The position numbers were made by a program, and so were the translations under genes. A stretch of DNA of 64,000 nucleotides from Anthoceros angustus (Eukaryota; Plantae; Anthocerotophyta): the NCBI GenBank assembly GCA_010909165.1, contig VJWM01000305.1, positions 1 through 64,000 on the forward strand, read 5' to 3'. How positions within the stretch are numbered: the stretch's first letter is position 1; every line of letters starts with the position of its first letter. The notes under the pieces are model-generated. The model saw only the letters and a list, made by a program, of their open reading frames with translations. It was not told the DNA's origin and searched no databases. This document shows positions 21,691 to 36,272 of the stretch, one piece after another.

Positions 21691-24600
21691 TTCCTATCTA
21701 GCTAGTCAACACACTCTCTTTGGGGTGACAAGCATTAATGCTCCTCCTCTAAAGAAAAGTCTTCCCAAGTGGCATCTTGCCCCATGTCTTCAAGCTAATT
21801 TAAGGACTTCTTATGAATCCCTTCCTTATCTTGATGCCTATCTTGAGTTCCTTCCTCCAATAAAATAGCCGGGCTCTCTTAGCCAGCTCATCCTCGACTT
21901 CTCCTCTTCCTCTCACTTGTGGAGCAAGTGAGCTCCTTGCACCCATGTTAGGAGGTTGGTCTTCTCCTTGTGATTCTTGCTCCATTCTGCAAGATCAACC
22001 CCTCTTCCTTCTTTCTGCAAGGGCCAAGGTACTCGCCTCCCTTGCCGTCAAATCCATGCTAGCGACCTTTGAATCCTGCTTCTTCCTCCTACCATGGTAG
22101 GACCTTCTCCTACCACGGTAGGAGTCCTCCTACGGGAGTCATTTCTTCTTCCTTACCCCTTCACAGGTGATTCTCTCCACATGCTTCTCCTTCCTTGCTT
22201 CTCCACAGTGCAGTTTCTTCACCCTGTTGCTTGGGACACTCTCCAAGTCTAAGGCTTCCGGTTGGACTTGCATGAGGGCCTCCCTATCATCGTCATGAGG
22301 TCCCAACATCCTCCTTTCAGCAAGTCGCAACTCGTTAGTGGCCTTGAGCACCTTGTTGTGAAGATGGGCTGCAAATCGTTGTTGTGCCATCTCCAATTCT
22401 TCGTAATCCTCAAGCCATACTCCATGCTCACACTTGCTTTTGTAAGCATCTCGCTCCAAGGCCAGCTCACGGTCTTGACATGGAGAGCCACATTCTCCGT
22501 CCTCTCATTGCGGTTGGCGGATCAATCTCTCTTGTAGGCATAATCGGCCGAAATCTCTCCCTCACCGCCAACATGTCTTTTACCGCCTCATGACGGCCTT
22601 TCTCCTTTGCCATTTCTTCCTCCAACTCCCCTATCCTCCTAGGGAGTTGTGCATTCTCCGTTCTTTGGACTTCTCGTTCCATTTCCAATCTTTGGACAAA
22701 ATGTGTCCGTTCTTCCAGCTCTTCTTCCTTCAATTCCAGCCTCGTGATTTCTCCCAGCTCCTTTTCCATGTCACTAATCTTCACACTGTGGCTATGACCC
22801 GCTCATGTGCGCCTACTTGCCTTTGTCTTGCCCTCATTTCTTTGCGAGATTGCTCTCGTCTTGACCTTTCCTCCATTAGCAGCACTTGCTTGTCTTCGCC
22901 TTCTTTTCCCATGCACCATGTGAGCAAGTTGCTCCACCTTCTCCTCTCGAGCTGCCAATTGCTTGGTAAGAGCCTTGTTCTCCGAATATGATTGTTTGCC
23001 TCCAGCCTTGTTTCAAGACTCTTTTCCAAGTGCTCCACTTGAGCTTCCATCCTCATAACATCCTCCACCTGGGTTTCGCTCGCCTACCCGCAATTTCCCT
23101 TGCTTGGTAGGTCCTTGTCTTCTCGCCTCCGTCTTCAAGAATTCAACTCTCCTCTTGGCGGCTCCTACATCTGCTGAACATCTCCCCTATGCAGCATCTC
23201 CTCCAACATGTCTAAGTCTCCTTTCTTACCTCCGGAGACTCAAGGCCTTTGCCTTGCTCATGGGATCTTACATCCCTTGCTTCCCTATGATGAGCTCCCG
23301 CTCATCACTTGGTGGGGCAACTCCTCCCGTGACTCCATCCGCTCGCCCACCTAGCAGGGCCGGTTGCCTTCTTATCTCCCGCTTGGGAGCTTCCAAACCG
23401 TGACTTCCTTTCCCTCCTACCGTGGTAGGAGGTGCTCCGTAGGACTACTTCCCTACCGTGGTAGGACTAATTCCCTTTGGGCCTTGTCATGAGAGGACGA
23501 AGGGGTCCCAAACCCTGGAACACCTCCCACCCTCGCAGGCGGGATTCGCCATGGTAGGATCTATCCTACCTTCCATCTCCGCATCTTCCGGTCCAAACTT
23601 CAAATCCCCTACAACTTCTCCTTGCAAGTCCTCCTGCACATCCTCGGCCTATCTTTGGAGGATTCCTTCCGGCAATAATGTCCCGGTGGTGCTGGCACCT
23701 CCTTTAGCGCAAAGCACCAAGCACTCCTTGTCCCTCTCACAGTAAGTACACAATGTTAAAGGGATGCTTGGAATCATCCAACTCCTTACTTGTGAGTAGC
23801 CCTCTACTTCCCACAAATGCACTAGATAAGTGCTAAGATAGCATGGCCTTGGGTCTTCATCCAGCGTTGGGTTTGACAACTTTTCCGGTGGTAGGTGTAT
23901 GCTTCATACATGATGAGCCCCAATCCGGCTTCGCTCCTTGAGTGATCTTCCATAGAAAATGGAGGAAGGTAGTGCTGAAATATGACACCCTTGGATTGCT
24001 CACCAAGCCCAAAACAATTCTTGTGAACAATCTCCACTTGGGCTCCAAGATTTGGTCCGTCACCATTCTTAGACTTAGCCTTCATGCCCCTTGCATAAGT
24101 GTAAGGGCTCCCTTGGGAAGATCCGCCGTTGATGCACGCTTGCCTCCTCGTTCCTTCCATCAACGTGATTCCGCTATCCTCGCTATCCGGCTGCCATATA
24201 CAGCGTATGCTCCTTACGGTCCAACACCGTGGATCCGTCCGTCGTTTCTATCCGGTAAGGCGGCCAATTCCTCTTCCGTCTGCTGCAAATTAGCAAAACA
24301 CTCTTCTATCAATTCAAGGTTGGTGTAGACCAATGTCGCCCATACACCCACTCTAGCTGAATATTCTCTGCTGCCCAAGGTCGAAAGTCGAAAGGTCTCT
24401 AGAGGATAGCTGGCCTGCATAGCACGTAAATAAGGGCATGTCAAATTTCCACCCTCAGTCGATCCTCACCTTAGACCTCTTGCAGCTCCTGCGCCACCTC
24501 CCTTGGTGGGCGCTCCTTCCTTAGCTACTACCTCCTTGCCCTTGGTCATGGTGGGCTTGGTCATGGCCTCCTTGGTTAGTACTTGCATTGAAGAAAAGTG

Positions 24601-26480
24601 ATGCCTCTCCTGCAATTCCTGCGGCTCACCGACTTCTTATCCTTGCAAACGTTTCTCCTCCTCTGATTTGCTCTTGCTCACAGCTCAAAGGTCCTTGCCC
24701 TTGCTCTCCTTCCTTAGCTACTACCTCCTTGCCCTTGGTCATGGTGGGCTTGGTCATGGCCTCCTTGGTTAGTACTTGCAAATTGAAGAAAAGTGATGCC
24801 TCTCCTGCAATTCCTGCGGCTCACCGACTTCTTATCCTTGCAAACGTTTCTCCTCCTCGATTTGCTCTTGCTCACAGCTCAAAGGTCCTTGCCCTTGCTC
24901 TCCTCCTGCAGTCCTTACACCTTGGCGTCCCTCAAAACCCGATTTCTCCTGCAGAAAGCTCAACAAAATTCCCCACGGACTCTTACACCCACAGCAATTT
25001 AGGAGCCCTTCCTGCACGGTTTCCTAGCAATCTTGCCACGCTCCACCCTCCTAGGCACCCTCACGAGCTTGGCAAGTGTTGGGTTGCGCCCCAACCTTCT
25101 TCTCCCTTCTCTTCTTCCTCTTTTCCTCCTTCTTCCTCTCTTGGGCTGGCGGATTTCGCCTCCTTCTGAGCTTGCGCCCTCCTTCTCCTCCTCAACAGGC
25201 GCGTGTGCGGCGTTGCTGTATGGGGCCTTGGGCAGCTTGAGGTGTGGCGGCGCCTTCTGCTGTGGAGTCTCAAGTTTCGAGTTGTGGCCTCCTGCGGGCA
25301 CTGCGACCACTTTTATAAGTCACCCAAGGGTTAGAAAAGTAACTACCATTCTATCCTGCCCTTGGATGTGTGCCACGTGGCCCTTTCCCACCATTGATGT
25401 TAGTTTCCTAATTTCCTTATACTAAAATACCAATTTCCCTATTTTCTAATTTCTAATTCTGAAAATTAGCCTCTAATTTCTTAATTACCTATTTTGGCCT
25501 ATTTATCTAGTCCACTAAAAGACTCTATATATAGCAAGCCTATCCTGCCTAAAACATAAGCTACTTTCCTTAGAAACCTATCTCCTACGTGGTAGGACAT
25601 CCTCCTACCATGGTAGGCGTTTTCCCTTTCTCCTACCACGGTGAGTTCTCCTGGCGGTGGGATACCTTCCTACCCTCTCCTACCATGGTAGGAGCTATTC
25701 CCTGGTAGGTGATCAAAACACTAGCGGTCATCTCCTACGGTGGTAGGATCTCTCCTACCCTCGTCTACCATGGTAGGAGTTTCTCCTACGGTGGTAGGAC
25801 ACCTCCTACCACTCATGTAGGTTACCTTTCTCCTCACCAGTAGGTCGTTTTGACCCGTTTCTTTTCCATATCCTCTTGCCTTCCGACATGGTCCTACAAC
25901 TCCGCTCAAAAGGAGCAAAAATTTCCTTGCATGTCTTCACCAAACCATTTCTAGCAAAAGTGTGGGCTGTTCAAAGCAAACTCATTTAAGCTTGTTGCCC
26001 AAACTTTTGCGTTCCACATACTCCCCTCCTCACTGTTTGCGTCCTCGCAAACAACAGATCTCTGAAGGTACTTCTTAACCTTCCACCCATTCACTCTAGT
26101 TGGCAAATCCCCATCCGGCACGTAGTTGCGGATCCATTCTCATACTGCCACCACCTCATAGGTCCCATCCATCTCAACCTAAGCTTCCAGGAAGTCCATA
26201 TATCGGCTATCATATAGAAGAACCAAATCCCGGCCATGATAGCTTCTTGCTTCCTCAACTTCCCATCATGCCTATCCTTTCTAAGCTCCTGAATTATTGA
26301 GTTTCTTCTAAAGCATCTTCCCTCGTTCCTCATGCTCTATGAAAGATTCTAGTCTAGCTACACTATCCTCTGTCATGCTCATCCTCCATGATTCTATAGG
26401 TAGGTACTTCAAATTCTCAGCATCACGGAGACATGCCATATGTTAAATAATAAGGGGTCTTCTTGGTTGTCACCTTCTCC

Positions 26481-26858
26481 TCAGCCCATAGCCGAATGTA
26501 GCTTAGTGTCCCAATCATACATGTGAGTCACAGTTACCTTGGTCAAGATTGTACACAACCCATTCGTTTTCTCCGTCAAACCATTCGCTTTGGGATTGTA
26601 AGGAGTTGTCTTCGATCGAATGTTGAAGTAGGTGGTGAGAGTCTCGATCAAGTTGAGGAAATGAGTTCCCATCACGACCAACTCAAAAGGACATCCATAC
26701 CTCGTTATAATGTTCTCAAAGAGAAACTTGCTCTGCGTCGTCCTTCCTTGTTGCTTGACCTCCACCATCTTTGTACAATAGTCCGTAGCCACCAAGATAT
26801 ATTGCTTCCTTGTCCATTGTGTGGGTGGCTTGATTGGACCTACAAAATCTATACCCAC
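26481..26858 (-). CDS. pol: Best-preserved gypsy integrase core stretch
   Basis: GIDFVGPIKPPTQWTRKQYILVATDYCTKMVE...ENIITRYGCPFELV..GTHF...YNPKANGLTEKTNG. Confidence 0.85.
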   Translation of the reverse strand: MGIDFVGPIKPPTQWTRKQYILVATDYCTKMVEVKQQGRTTQSKFLFENIITRYGCPFELVVMGTHFLNLIETLTTYFNIRSKTTPYNPKANGLTEKTNGLCTILTKVTVTHMYDWDTKLHSAMG

Positions 26859-29800
26859 TTCTCAAATGGTGCCAAAGGTAGTATGTAGGTGAGAGGCCAT
26901 TGTGTTGACAAAGTGGGCCTTCCAACCCTCGACCGCATCACACCTCCTAATAAATTCCACACATCCCTGCATTGTAGCCCACGAGCTGCATCCAAGACCT
27001 TCTTCACGGTGATTTGCGTCGAATAATGACCACCTCTTACGCATGTAAAGCACGTGACCAAGCAGCTTCTCTAATTTCCGGACATCGCGAATCTTCTCGT
27101 CGGACCAAGCTTGTACAAGACCCCATCCGTAGGCAATAAGGGGCTGTCTTGTGGAGAAAAACAGCTCGCCCTCCCTAGACAAACCATCGGGCATGATTCC
27201 ATGCTCTAGAAAATTTCGTACCTCACCATTCAACAGATCTTGGGCATGAACGCCCCTCACGTTCTAATCTCCTCCTTCCACGCATACCACGTCGCCTCCT
27301 GCTAGCTCGCCCACCAGCAGCCCAGGCGTTGTTCCATCCACAAATCCAGTTCTCCCGCTTTGTCCATCTTGCAAGTTTTGAGCTGCGGCCCGTTTGCATG
27401 CTCCTCCTCCAACAACGTTCGGTTCTTCCATTCCTGCTGGTCTAGCCTCGTGTCCAGGTCCAGCTCGTGCTCCCATGGCGACCTCCTGCTTTGCACCCCA
27501 TGGCCACCTCATGAGTGATTTCCCATGAATCGCCATTTCTTCTCGTTTTGCTCAAGCTTCTCATGGGATGCATCTCCTTCCTCGCCCTCTGGCGCACCTA
27601 CCTCCCTAGGGCCTTCTCTCCTCCTCGCGGCCCCATGGCGACCTCCTCGCGGCCCCATGGCGACCTCGCCAAGTGGGGGCCTCTTTGCCTTCCGACATGG
27701 TCCTACAACTCCGCTCAAAAGGAGCAAAAATTTCCTTGCATGTCTTCACCAAACCATTTCTAGCAAAGAGTGTGGGCTGTTCAAAGCAAACTCATTTAAG
27801 CTTGTTGCCCAAACTTTTAGTTGCCCAAACTTTTTCGTTCCACATACTCCCCTCCTCACTGTTTGCGTCCTCGCAAACAACAGATCTCGGTGAAGGTACT
27901 TCTTAACCTTCCACCCATTCACTCTAGTTGGCAAATCCCCATCCGGCCTGTTGCGGATCCATTCTCATACTGCGCCACCACCTCATAAGGTCCCATCCAT
28001 CTCAATCTAAGCTTCCAGGAAGTCCATATATGCTATCATATAGAAGAACCAAATCCCGGCCATGATAGCTTCTTGCTTCCTCAACTTCCCATCATGCCTA
28101 TCCTTTCTAAGCTCCTGAATTATTGAGTTTCTTCTAAAGCATCTTCCCTCGTTCCTCATGCTCTATGAAAGATTCTAGTCTAGCTACGGCTATCTTCTAG
28201 TCATCGCTCATCCTCCATGATTCTATAGGTAGGTACTTCAAATTCCACGGCATCACGGAGACATGCCATATGTTAAATAATAAGGGGTCTTCTTGGTTGT
28301 CACCTTCTCATCTGTAAGCCCCTCTTGAATGTAGCTTAGTGTCCCAATCATACATGTGAGTCACGATTACCTTGGTCAAGATTGTACACAACCCATTCGT
28401 TTTCTCCGTCAAACCATTCGCTTTGGGATTGTAAGGAGTTGTCTTTCGATGCGAATGTTGAAGTAGGTGGTGAGTCTCGATCACGAGTTGAGGAAATGAG
28501 TTCCCATCACGACCAACTCAAAAGGACATCCATACCTCGTTATAATGTTCTCAAAGAAACTTGCTCTGCGTCGTCCTTCCTTGTTGCTTGACCTCCACCA
28601 TCTTTGTACAATAGTCCGTAGCCACCAAGATATATTGCTTCCTTGTCCATTGTGTGGGTGGCTTGATTGGACCTACAAAATCTATACCCACTTCTCAAAT
28701 GGTGCCAAAGGTAGTATGTAGGTGAGAGGCCATTGTGTTGACAAAGTGGGCCTTCCAACCCTCGACACGCATCACACCTCCTAATAAATTCCACACATCC
28801 CTGCATTGTAGCCCACGAAGCCTGCATCCAAGACCTTCTTCACGGTGATTTGCGTCGAATAATGACCACCTCTTACGCATGTAAAGCACGTGACCAAGCA
28901 GCTTCTCTAATTTCCGGACATCGAATCTTCTCGTCGGACCAAGCTTACAAGACCCCATCCGTAGGCAATAAGGGGCTGTCTTGTGGAGAAAAACAGCTCG
29001 CCCCTCCTAGACAAACCATCGGGCATGATTCCATGCTCTAGAAAATTTCGTACCTCACCATTCAACATATCTTGGGCATGAACGCCCCTCACGTTCTAAT
29101 CTCCTCCTTCCACGCATACCACGTCGCCTCCTGCTAGCTCGCCCACCAGCAGCCCAGGCGTTGTTCCATCCACAAATCCAGTTCTCCCGCTTTGTCCATC
29201 TTGCAAGTTTTGAGCTGCGGCCCGTTTGCATGCTCCTCCTCCAACAACGTTCGGTTCTTCCATTCCTGCTGGTCTAGCCTCGTGTCCAGGTCCAGCTCGT
29301 GCTCCCATGGCGACCTCCTCGCTTTGCACCCCATGGCCACCTCATGAGTGATTTCCCATGAATCTGCCATTTTCTTCTCCTGCCGTTTTTGCTCAAGCTT
29401 CTCATGGGATGCATCTCCTTCCTCGCCCTCTGGCGCACCTACCTCCCTAGGGCCTTCTCCTCCTCCTCGCGGCCCCATGGCACGCCGACCTCGCCAAGTG
29501 GGGGCGCCTTTTCTTTTGCTTGGCCCGGCGCTCCCATATCCGTTTCTTTCTTTCTTTTGCCAACGTGGCCTCCACTTGCAGCCTCCTGACTGCTCACCCT
29601 TGAGGAGCATTCCAGCCTCCTCCTCGCGCCCATACTGGCGCCCTTTTATCCCCTCGGTTCCAGTTGTCTGCTGCGGCCTTTCACGCACGCGCTCCTTCTT
29701 GCTCATTTGACCTCTCTGCTGGCAACAAGGCTTGCTGATCAATGCTTAGGCCGTCTACAACATGCTCACGTCCTCCCCTTGACCCGGGCCGTGGCAACCA

Positions 29801-32800
29801 ACTCCTCGTCGAAATCGGTCATCAGCGGCTTCAAGTCGCTCTCCGGTTTTCGACGAGAAATGAAATCACGTACGATGTTGCTTCGCCTAGTTTCTACGTC
29901 ATAATCAAACTCTTGCAGCGGTAGTACCCACGGCAATCCTTCACGACAAATCGGCTTGTTCACAAGGTACTTCAGCGCAAAATGGTCAACATGAAGCGTC
30001 ACTTTGCAAGCAAGCGGATAGTGTCTAAACTTCTTACGAGTAAATGATACCAAGACCCTCTCGCTCGTGGTTGAGTAGTTCTTCTCGGCATCCGTGACTG
30101 TCTACCGGCATAGAAAATCGGATGGTCCGTTTCTTCTCGTCCTTACGGCTTAAGATGGTCCCAATGGCATAGCGGACACATCCACGTATACATGAAACGG
30201 TTTCTCCCAATCGGCTGCTGTGCTTGGTGCGCCAGCTGAAAAGCCTCTGTCTTGCGGTCCATTCGAAGGTGTATCCTTCTTGGTCAATTGGGTCGACAAG
30301 GCCTTCTCCTCCTCCTCGCGGCCCCATGGCGACCTCGCCAAGTGGGGGCGCCTTTTCTTTTGCCAACGTGGCCCGGCGCTCCCATATCCGTTTCTTTCTT
30401 TTGCCAACGTGGCCTCCACTTGCAGCCTCCTGCTCACCCTTGAGGAGCATTCCAGCCTCCTCCTCGCGCCCATACTGGCGCCCTTTTATCCCCTCTCGGA
30501 TTTCCAGATTGTCCTGCTGCAGCCTTTCCTGCACAACGCTCCCTTCTTGCTCATTTGACCTCTCTGCTGGCAACAAGGCTTGCTGATCAATGCTTAGGCC
30601 GTCCACAACATGCTCACGTCCTCCCCCTTCGACCCAGGCCGTGGCAACCAACTCCTCGTCAGGAAATCGGTCATCTGTGGCTTCAAGTCGCTCTCCAGTT
30701 TTCAGACGAGAAATGAAATCGACACACCGTACCTTCCCTGTTGCTTCGCCTAGTTTCTACGTCATAATCAAACTCTTGCAGCGGTAGTACCCACGGCAAT
30801 CCTTCACGACAAATCGGCTTGTTCACAAGGTACTTCAGCGCAAAATGGTCAACATGAAGCGTCACTTTGCAAGCAAGCGGATAGTGTCTAAACTTCTTAC
30901 GAGTAAATGATACCAAGACCCTCTCGCTCGTGGTTGAGTAGTTCTTCTCGGCATCCGTGACTGTCTACCGGCATAGAAAATCGGATGGTCCGTTTCTTCT
31001 CGTCCTTACGGCTTAAGATGGTCCCAATGGCATAGCGGACACATCCACGTATACATGAAACGGTTTCTCCCAATCGGCTGCTGTGCTTGGTGCGCCAGCT
31101 GAAAAGCCTCTCTTGCGGTAGTCCATTCGAAGGTGTATCCTTCTTGGTCAATTGGGTCGACAAGGCCTTCTCCTCCTCGCGGCCCCATGGCGCCTGGCTT
31201 GACCTCGCCAAGTGGGGGCGCCTTTTCTTTCTTGGCCCGCTCCCTCCCGTTTCGCTTCTTCTTTTGCCAACGTGGCCTCCACTTGCAGCCTCCTGACTGC
31301 TCACCCTTGAGGAGCATTCCAGCCTCCTCCTCGCGCCCATACTGGCGCCCTTTTATCCCCTCGGTTCCAGTTGTCCTGCTGCGGCCTTTTCTGCTGCGCT
31401 CCTTCTTGCTCATTTGACCTCTGCTGGCAACAAGGCTTGCTGATCAATGCTTAGGCCGTCTACAACATGCTCACGTCCTCCCCTTGACCCGGGCCGTGGC
31501 AACCAACTCCTCGTCGAAATCGGTCATCAGCGGCTTCAAGTCGCTCTCCGGTTTTCGACGAGAAATCGATGATCTTGCTTCCACAGCCTAGTTTCTCGTC
31601 ATAATCAAACTCTTGCAGCAGTAGTACCCACGGCAATCCTTCACGACAAATCGGCTTGTTCACAAGGTACTTCAGCATAAAATGGTCAACATGAAGCGTC
31701 ACTTTGCAAGCAAGCGGATAGTGCCTAAACTTCTTACGAGTAAATGATACCAAGACCCTCTCGCTCTGTGGTTGAGTAGTTCTTCTCGGCATCCGTGACA
31801 TAGAAAATCGGATGGTCCGTTTCTTCTCGTCCTTACGGCTTAAGATGGTCCCAATGGCATAGCGGACACATCCACGTATACATGAAACGGTTTCTCCCAA
31901 TCGGTTGTGCGCTCACGGCTGTCCTTCAACTGAAAAGCCTCTGTCTTGCGGTAGTCCATTCGAAAGGTGTATCCTTCTTGGTCAATTGGGTCACAAGGCT
32001 GCCTTCTTAGCAAAATCCTTGATGAACCTCACCTGTAATATCCTACCGATCCTACAAAGCACTTTGCCTCACCGTTTGGGGTCGTCCATCTCGACTATAA
32101 TGCCACCTTCTCCTTATCTACACCGCAATCCTCTTCGAAACTCGATGTGCCAACAAAATACCTTCCGTCATGCCAAAATAACACTTCCACGGATGAAGCT
32201 TCATGTTGGACTCCTGCGCCGAAAACATTGTCTTAGGTGTCTAGGTGCGACTTCCTCCAAACACGCAAAATCATCCGAAATACCTCCATGAACTTCCAGA
32301 AAATCTCGGAAGATAGCATTCACCACCCTTGAAAGTGGCGGAGGCGTTGCACAAGCGAAGGTAGCTTGGAATAAGCGTAAGTGCCCCAATCGGTTGTGAG
32401 CGTAGTCTTGTCTGATCCTCCTCCTCAGCGAAATCGGTTGTAACAGTACCCATCTAGAAAGCTGTACATTTCATGGCCACCGTGTCCACGCTGTCCATGA
32501 AAGGCAAGGTGGTGGTCCTTCTTCGTTGCTTCATTAAGCTTCACGAAATCTTGACACACCGTACCTTCCCTGTTGCTTCTTAGGTACAATTACAATGGGG
32601 CGACCCACTCCTTTGGTAAGCCGGATAAATCACCCGGCTTCCAAGTATTGGTCGGTGATCCTTGACGACCATAGAATACTTGGGATTCAGCTGTATTGAT
32701 CCTTACAGTCGCCCTCCTTCAAATCGATTCGATGTATCCCCAATTCTTCCGAATTCTGTCATGTCGGTAATCTTGAAGGCAAACACATCGACATATTCCC

Positions 32801-35800
32801 TAAGGACCCTACGAAATTCTTCTTTTTCTACCACTCCTAGATGCTTGGAGATCTTGACCACCTTGCGGGTTCTAGCTCCAAGTCCTCTCTGCGTGCGGAT
32901 CTACATAAGTCCCTTGGTTGCTACACTATTCACGATCCTTCGTCGGAAATCGCGATCATAGGCTCTACCCTTCCGAGGCTACTCCTTCTCTATGTGCCTC
33001 GTCCTCGGCTCCTCCTCTGACACCATCTACTTGTAGGCGGTGTACACCAACTCTTTTATTGTGCCACCTCAGCGGGGTCCTCGTAGCTCGGTCACCAGAA
33101 GAGCTCACCCCGTACTACCGAGGTGTACCCATCGGGTGCGGACTCCCCTTCATAGGGTGCCTTGCTCCATGACACAAAGCGACCTCCGGCCCTACCCTAC
33201 ATGACTTAAATGTAATGCCTCGACCAAATCAAAGACACAAGCGGTACCATACAACCAAGGCACCTATCAAAACCTTGTAGCCTAGATCGACCGGCCTCAT
33301 GACAATGTAGGTAAGATGGAATGTGAGACCACCAATCACGGTTGGCACATTTCGGCACCCCAAAGGTTTCCTCCTTGTTTGATCGCCATCCTCAAGAACA
33401 CTCGGATTGGGTTAAACTTGGTGAAACCAAGGCGATGTCTCCTCTGTCATCAAGTTGACTCCGAACCCGAATCTAATGGCACATTAGGCACCAAGCACCT
33501 GCAATCTCAATTTCAATCTCTGGCTCCCAAATCAACAAGTTCAACCACATTTACCTCCACCGGCCTCCTTCGTCCCCATGGGTTGGGGATCCCCTAATCG
33601 CTTCCTTCACAATTTTGCGGGATCTTGGACTCACATAAACAATTGTCTCAAGTTGACCACAAATTCTCGGTCAAGCAATGCATCGTGGCGGAGATCTTGT
33701 CGCAATGTTTCCTCCCGTTTGCAGCCACGATGCTGGTCGGCTCCGACCTTATTGGTAAACTCCTCACACTCTTGGTCCCTTGGTGGGACTCCATGATCGT
33801 GGATTGTCAATTTCAGCTCAGCCTCTTCTTCCATCTTCGCATGTTGGGTGAGCCTCCTTAGCTCATCCTCCAACATTTCCGCCACTTCCTTCGATGTGGA
33901 AACACCCTTCCTCCCCTCTTCCGCTTGTGGTGGGTCACTCCCTCCTCCTACCATGGTAGGTTCGCCTCCTACCACGTGGCGTTCCTCCTACCATGGTAGG
34001 AGCATCTCCTACCATGGTAGGCGTCTTATGGACCTCTTCATTTCCTCCTCCTCTACCAAATTCCGACCCCACGAGTCTCTGAGGCCAAGGTGAGTCGTCC
34101 CTCACCTTCCTTTTCTTCCGTTCCTCTCGTTCACGGCGCTTTCCGGATTTTCGGTCTTTCTCTCGTCGGATCTACATAAGTCCCTTGCTGCTATTCCGAT
34201 CCTTCGTCGGAAATCGCGATCATAGGCTCTACCCTTCCGAGGCTACTCCTTCTCTATGTGCCTCGTCCTCGACTCCTCCTCTGACACCATCTACTTGTAG
34301 GCGGTGTACACCAACTTTGTGCCACCTCAGCGGGGTCCTCGGTAAGCTCGGTCACCGCCCGAAGAGCTCACCCCCGTACTACCCGAGGTGTACCCATCGG
34401 ACTGAAGCGCGGACTCCCCTTCATAGGGTGCCTTGCTCCATGACACAAAAGCGACCTCAGCAGGCCCTACCCTACATGACTTAAATGTAATGCCGCTGCG
34501 ACCGAAATCAAAGACACAAGCAGTACCATACAACCAAGGCCTGCCTATCAAAACCTTGTAGCCTAGATCTGACACTGGCCTCATGACAATGTAGGTAAGA
34601 TGGAATGTGAGACCACCAATCACGGTTGGCACATTTCGGCACCCCAAAGGTTTCCTCCTTGTTTGATCGCCATCCTCAAGAACACTCGGATTGGGTTAAA
34701 CTTGGTGAAACCAAGGCGATGTCTCCTCTGTCATCAAGTTGACTCGAACCGAATCTAATGGCACATTAGGCACCAAGCACCTGCAATCTCAATTTCAATC
34801 TCTGGCTCCCAAATCAACAAGTTCAACCACATTTACCTCCACCGGCCTCCTTCGTCCCCATGGGTTCGATCCCCTAATCGCTTCCTTCACAATTTTGCGG
34901 GATCTTGGACTCACATAAACAATTGTCTCAAGTGACCACAAATTCTCGGTCAAGCAATGCATCGTGGCGGAGATCTTGTCGCAATGTTTCCTCCCGTTTG
35001 CAGCCACGATGCTGGTCGGCTCCGACCTTATTGGTAAACTCCTCACACTCTTGGTCCCTTGATTTGGGGACTCCATGATCGGATTGTCAATTTCAGCTCA
35101 GCCTCTTCTTCCATCTTCGCATGTTGGGTGAGCCTCCTTAGCTCATCCTCCAACATTTCTGCCACTTCCTTCGATGTGGAAACACCCTTCCTCCCCTCTT
35201 CCGCTTGTGGGTGGTCCTCCCTCCCTCCTACCATGGTAGGTTCGCCTCCTACCACGTGGCGTTCCTCCTACCATGGTAGGAGCATCTCACGGTGGCGTCT
35301 TATGGACCTCTTCATTTCCTCCTCCTCTACCAAATTCCGACCCCACGAGTCTCTGAGGCCAAGGTGAGTCGTCCCTCACCTTCCTTTTCTTCCGTTCCTC
35401 TCGTTCACGGCGCTTTCCGGATTTTCGGTCTTTCTCTCGGCGCTCAGATCTGGTGGTAACTTTGGCCACCAACAGCCCTTCGTGCACTCATCTCTCCTTC
35501 ATACCCTTCTTCTACAATCCACAGATACCTGGATTCATCAAAATCAATTCGCTTCCACCTTCAAAACCGGCGTTGTGGTCACCGTGATTGCGGTTTCGGG
35601 GTTGGACGGCGTTCCTTCCGCTGCAGCTCATGAACCTCACCCACAGGCGTCTTGAGGCTACCCTTGCTACTCCACGAACACCTTGGGTCACCAACCTTGT
35701 GCCCCAACTCCTTGCATACTTGACAAAAGGTACATAACCCATTTGTTTAGGTTACGGGCATTCATTGAATAATGACCAGGTGTCCCACAATTATATGACA

Positions 35801-36123
35801 CCGGTGGAATTGCCATTGGCCTTTGTGGCTCCGGTCTCCATGGTCCGGTGAGGTAGGCGTGACCCATACCTCACAAGAACTGTGTTGCGGGTTGGTAAGT
35901 CGCCCTCATCGATTGAGGCGGGCGACTTCCAGTGACTGCCTGCACTTGGTAAGCCTCATCCACTTGGAATTGCTCTCCTCGAGAGGACGAATGGAGGAAA
36001 GAGGACGGCCCTCTCCGAAATTCCGCAGGAGCTCCTCGACATGATGGACGGAGGAGTGAAGGCCCATGCCAAGAATGGCTGGAAAACGGATAGCATCAAG
36101 GAGTTGAAGTGGAGGCTCTTTGC

Positions 36124-36272
36124 TGTTTATTTTGCGAGGAGCGAAAAACAGACTTTGTAAAAGAGATTAAACAAAAATGTGTGTTTTACAAATACATATG
36201 GCCTCACTATATATGCAACTCAATAACGGTTCATATGATCAACCTAACTAGCGCACCCTTTCATATTTAACA
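36124..36272 (-). repeat. Copia A 3' LTR
   Basis: TGTTTATTTTG...CATATTTAACA, direct repeat of 42055-42203. Confidence 0.95.

Larger units (their letters stand above)
19953..35963 (-). mobile_element. Second tandem copy of the gypsy internal region (element 2), truncated within gag
   Basis: Same order: extra gene (~20080-24570), promoter motifs, array, INT (26060-29140, duplicated), RH mosaic (29760-31900), RT (31900-32830), PR (33230-33500 and 34480-34780), gag. Homology to 17030 ends at 35963. Confidence 0.85.
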
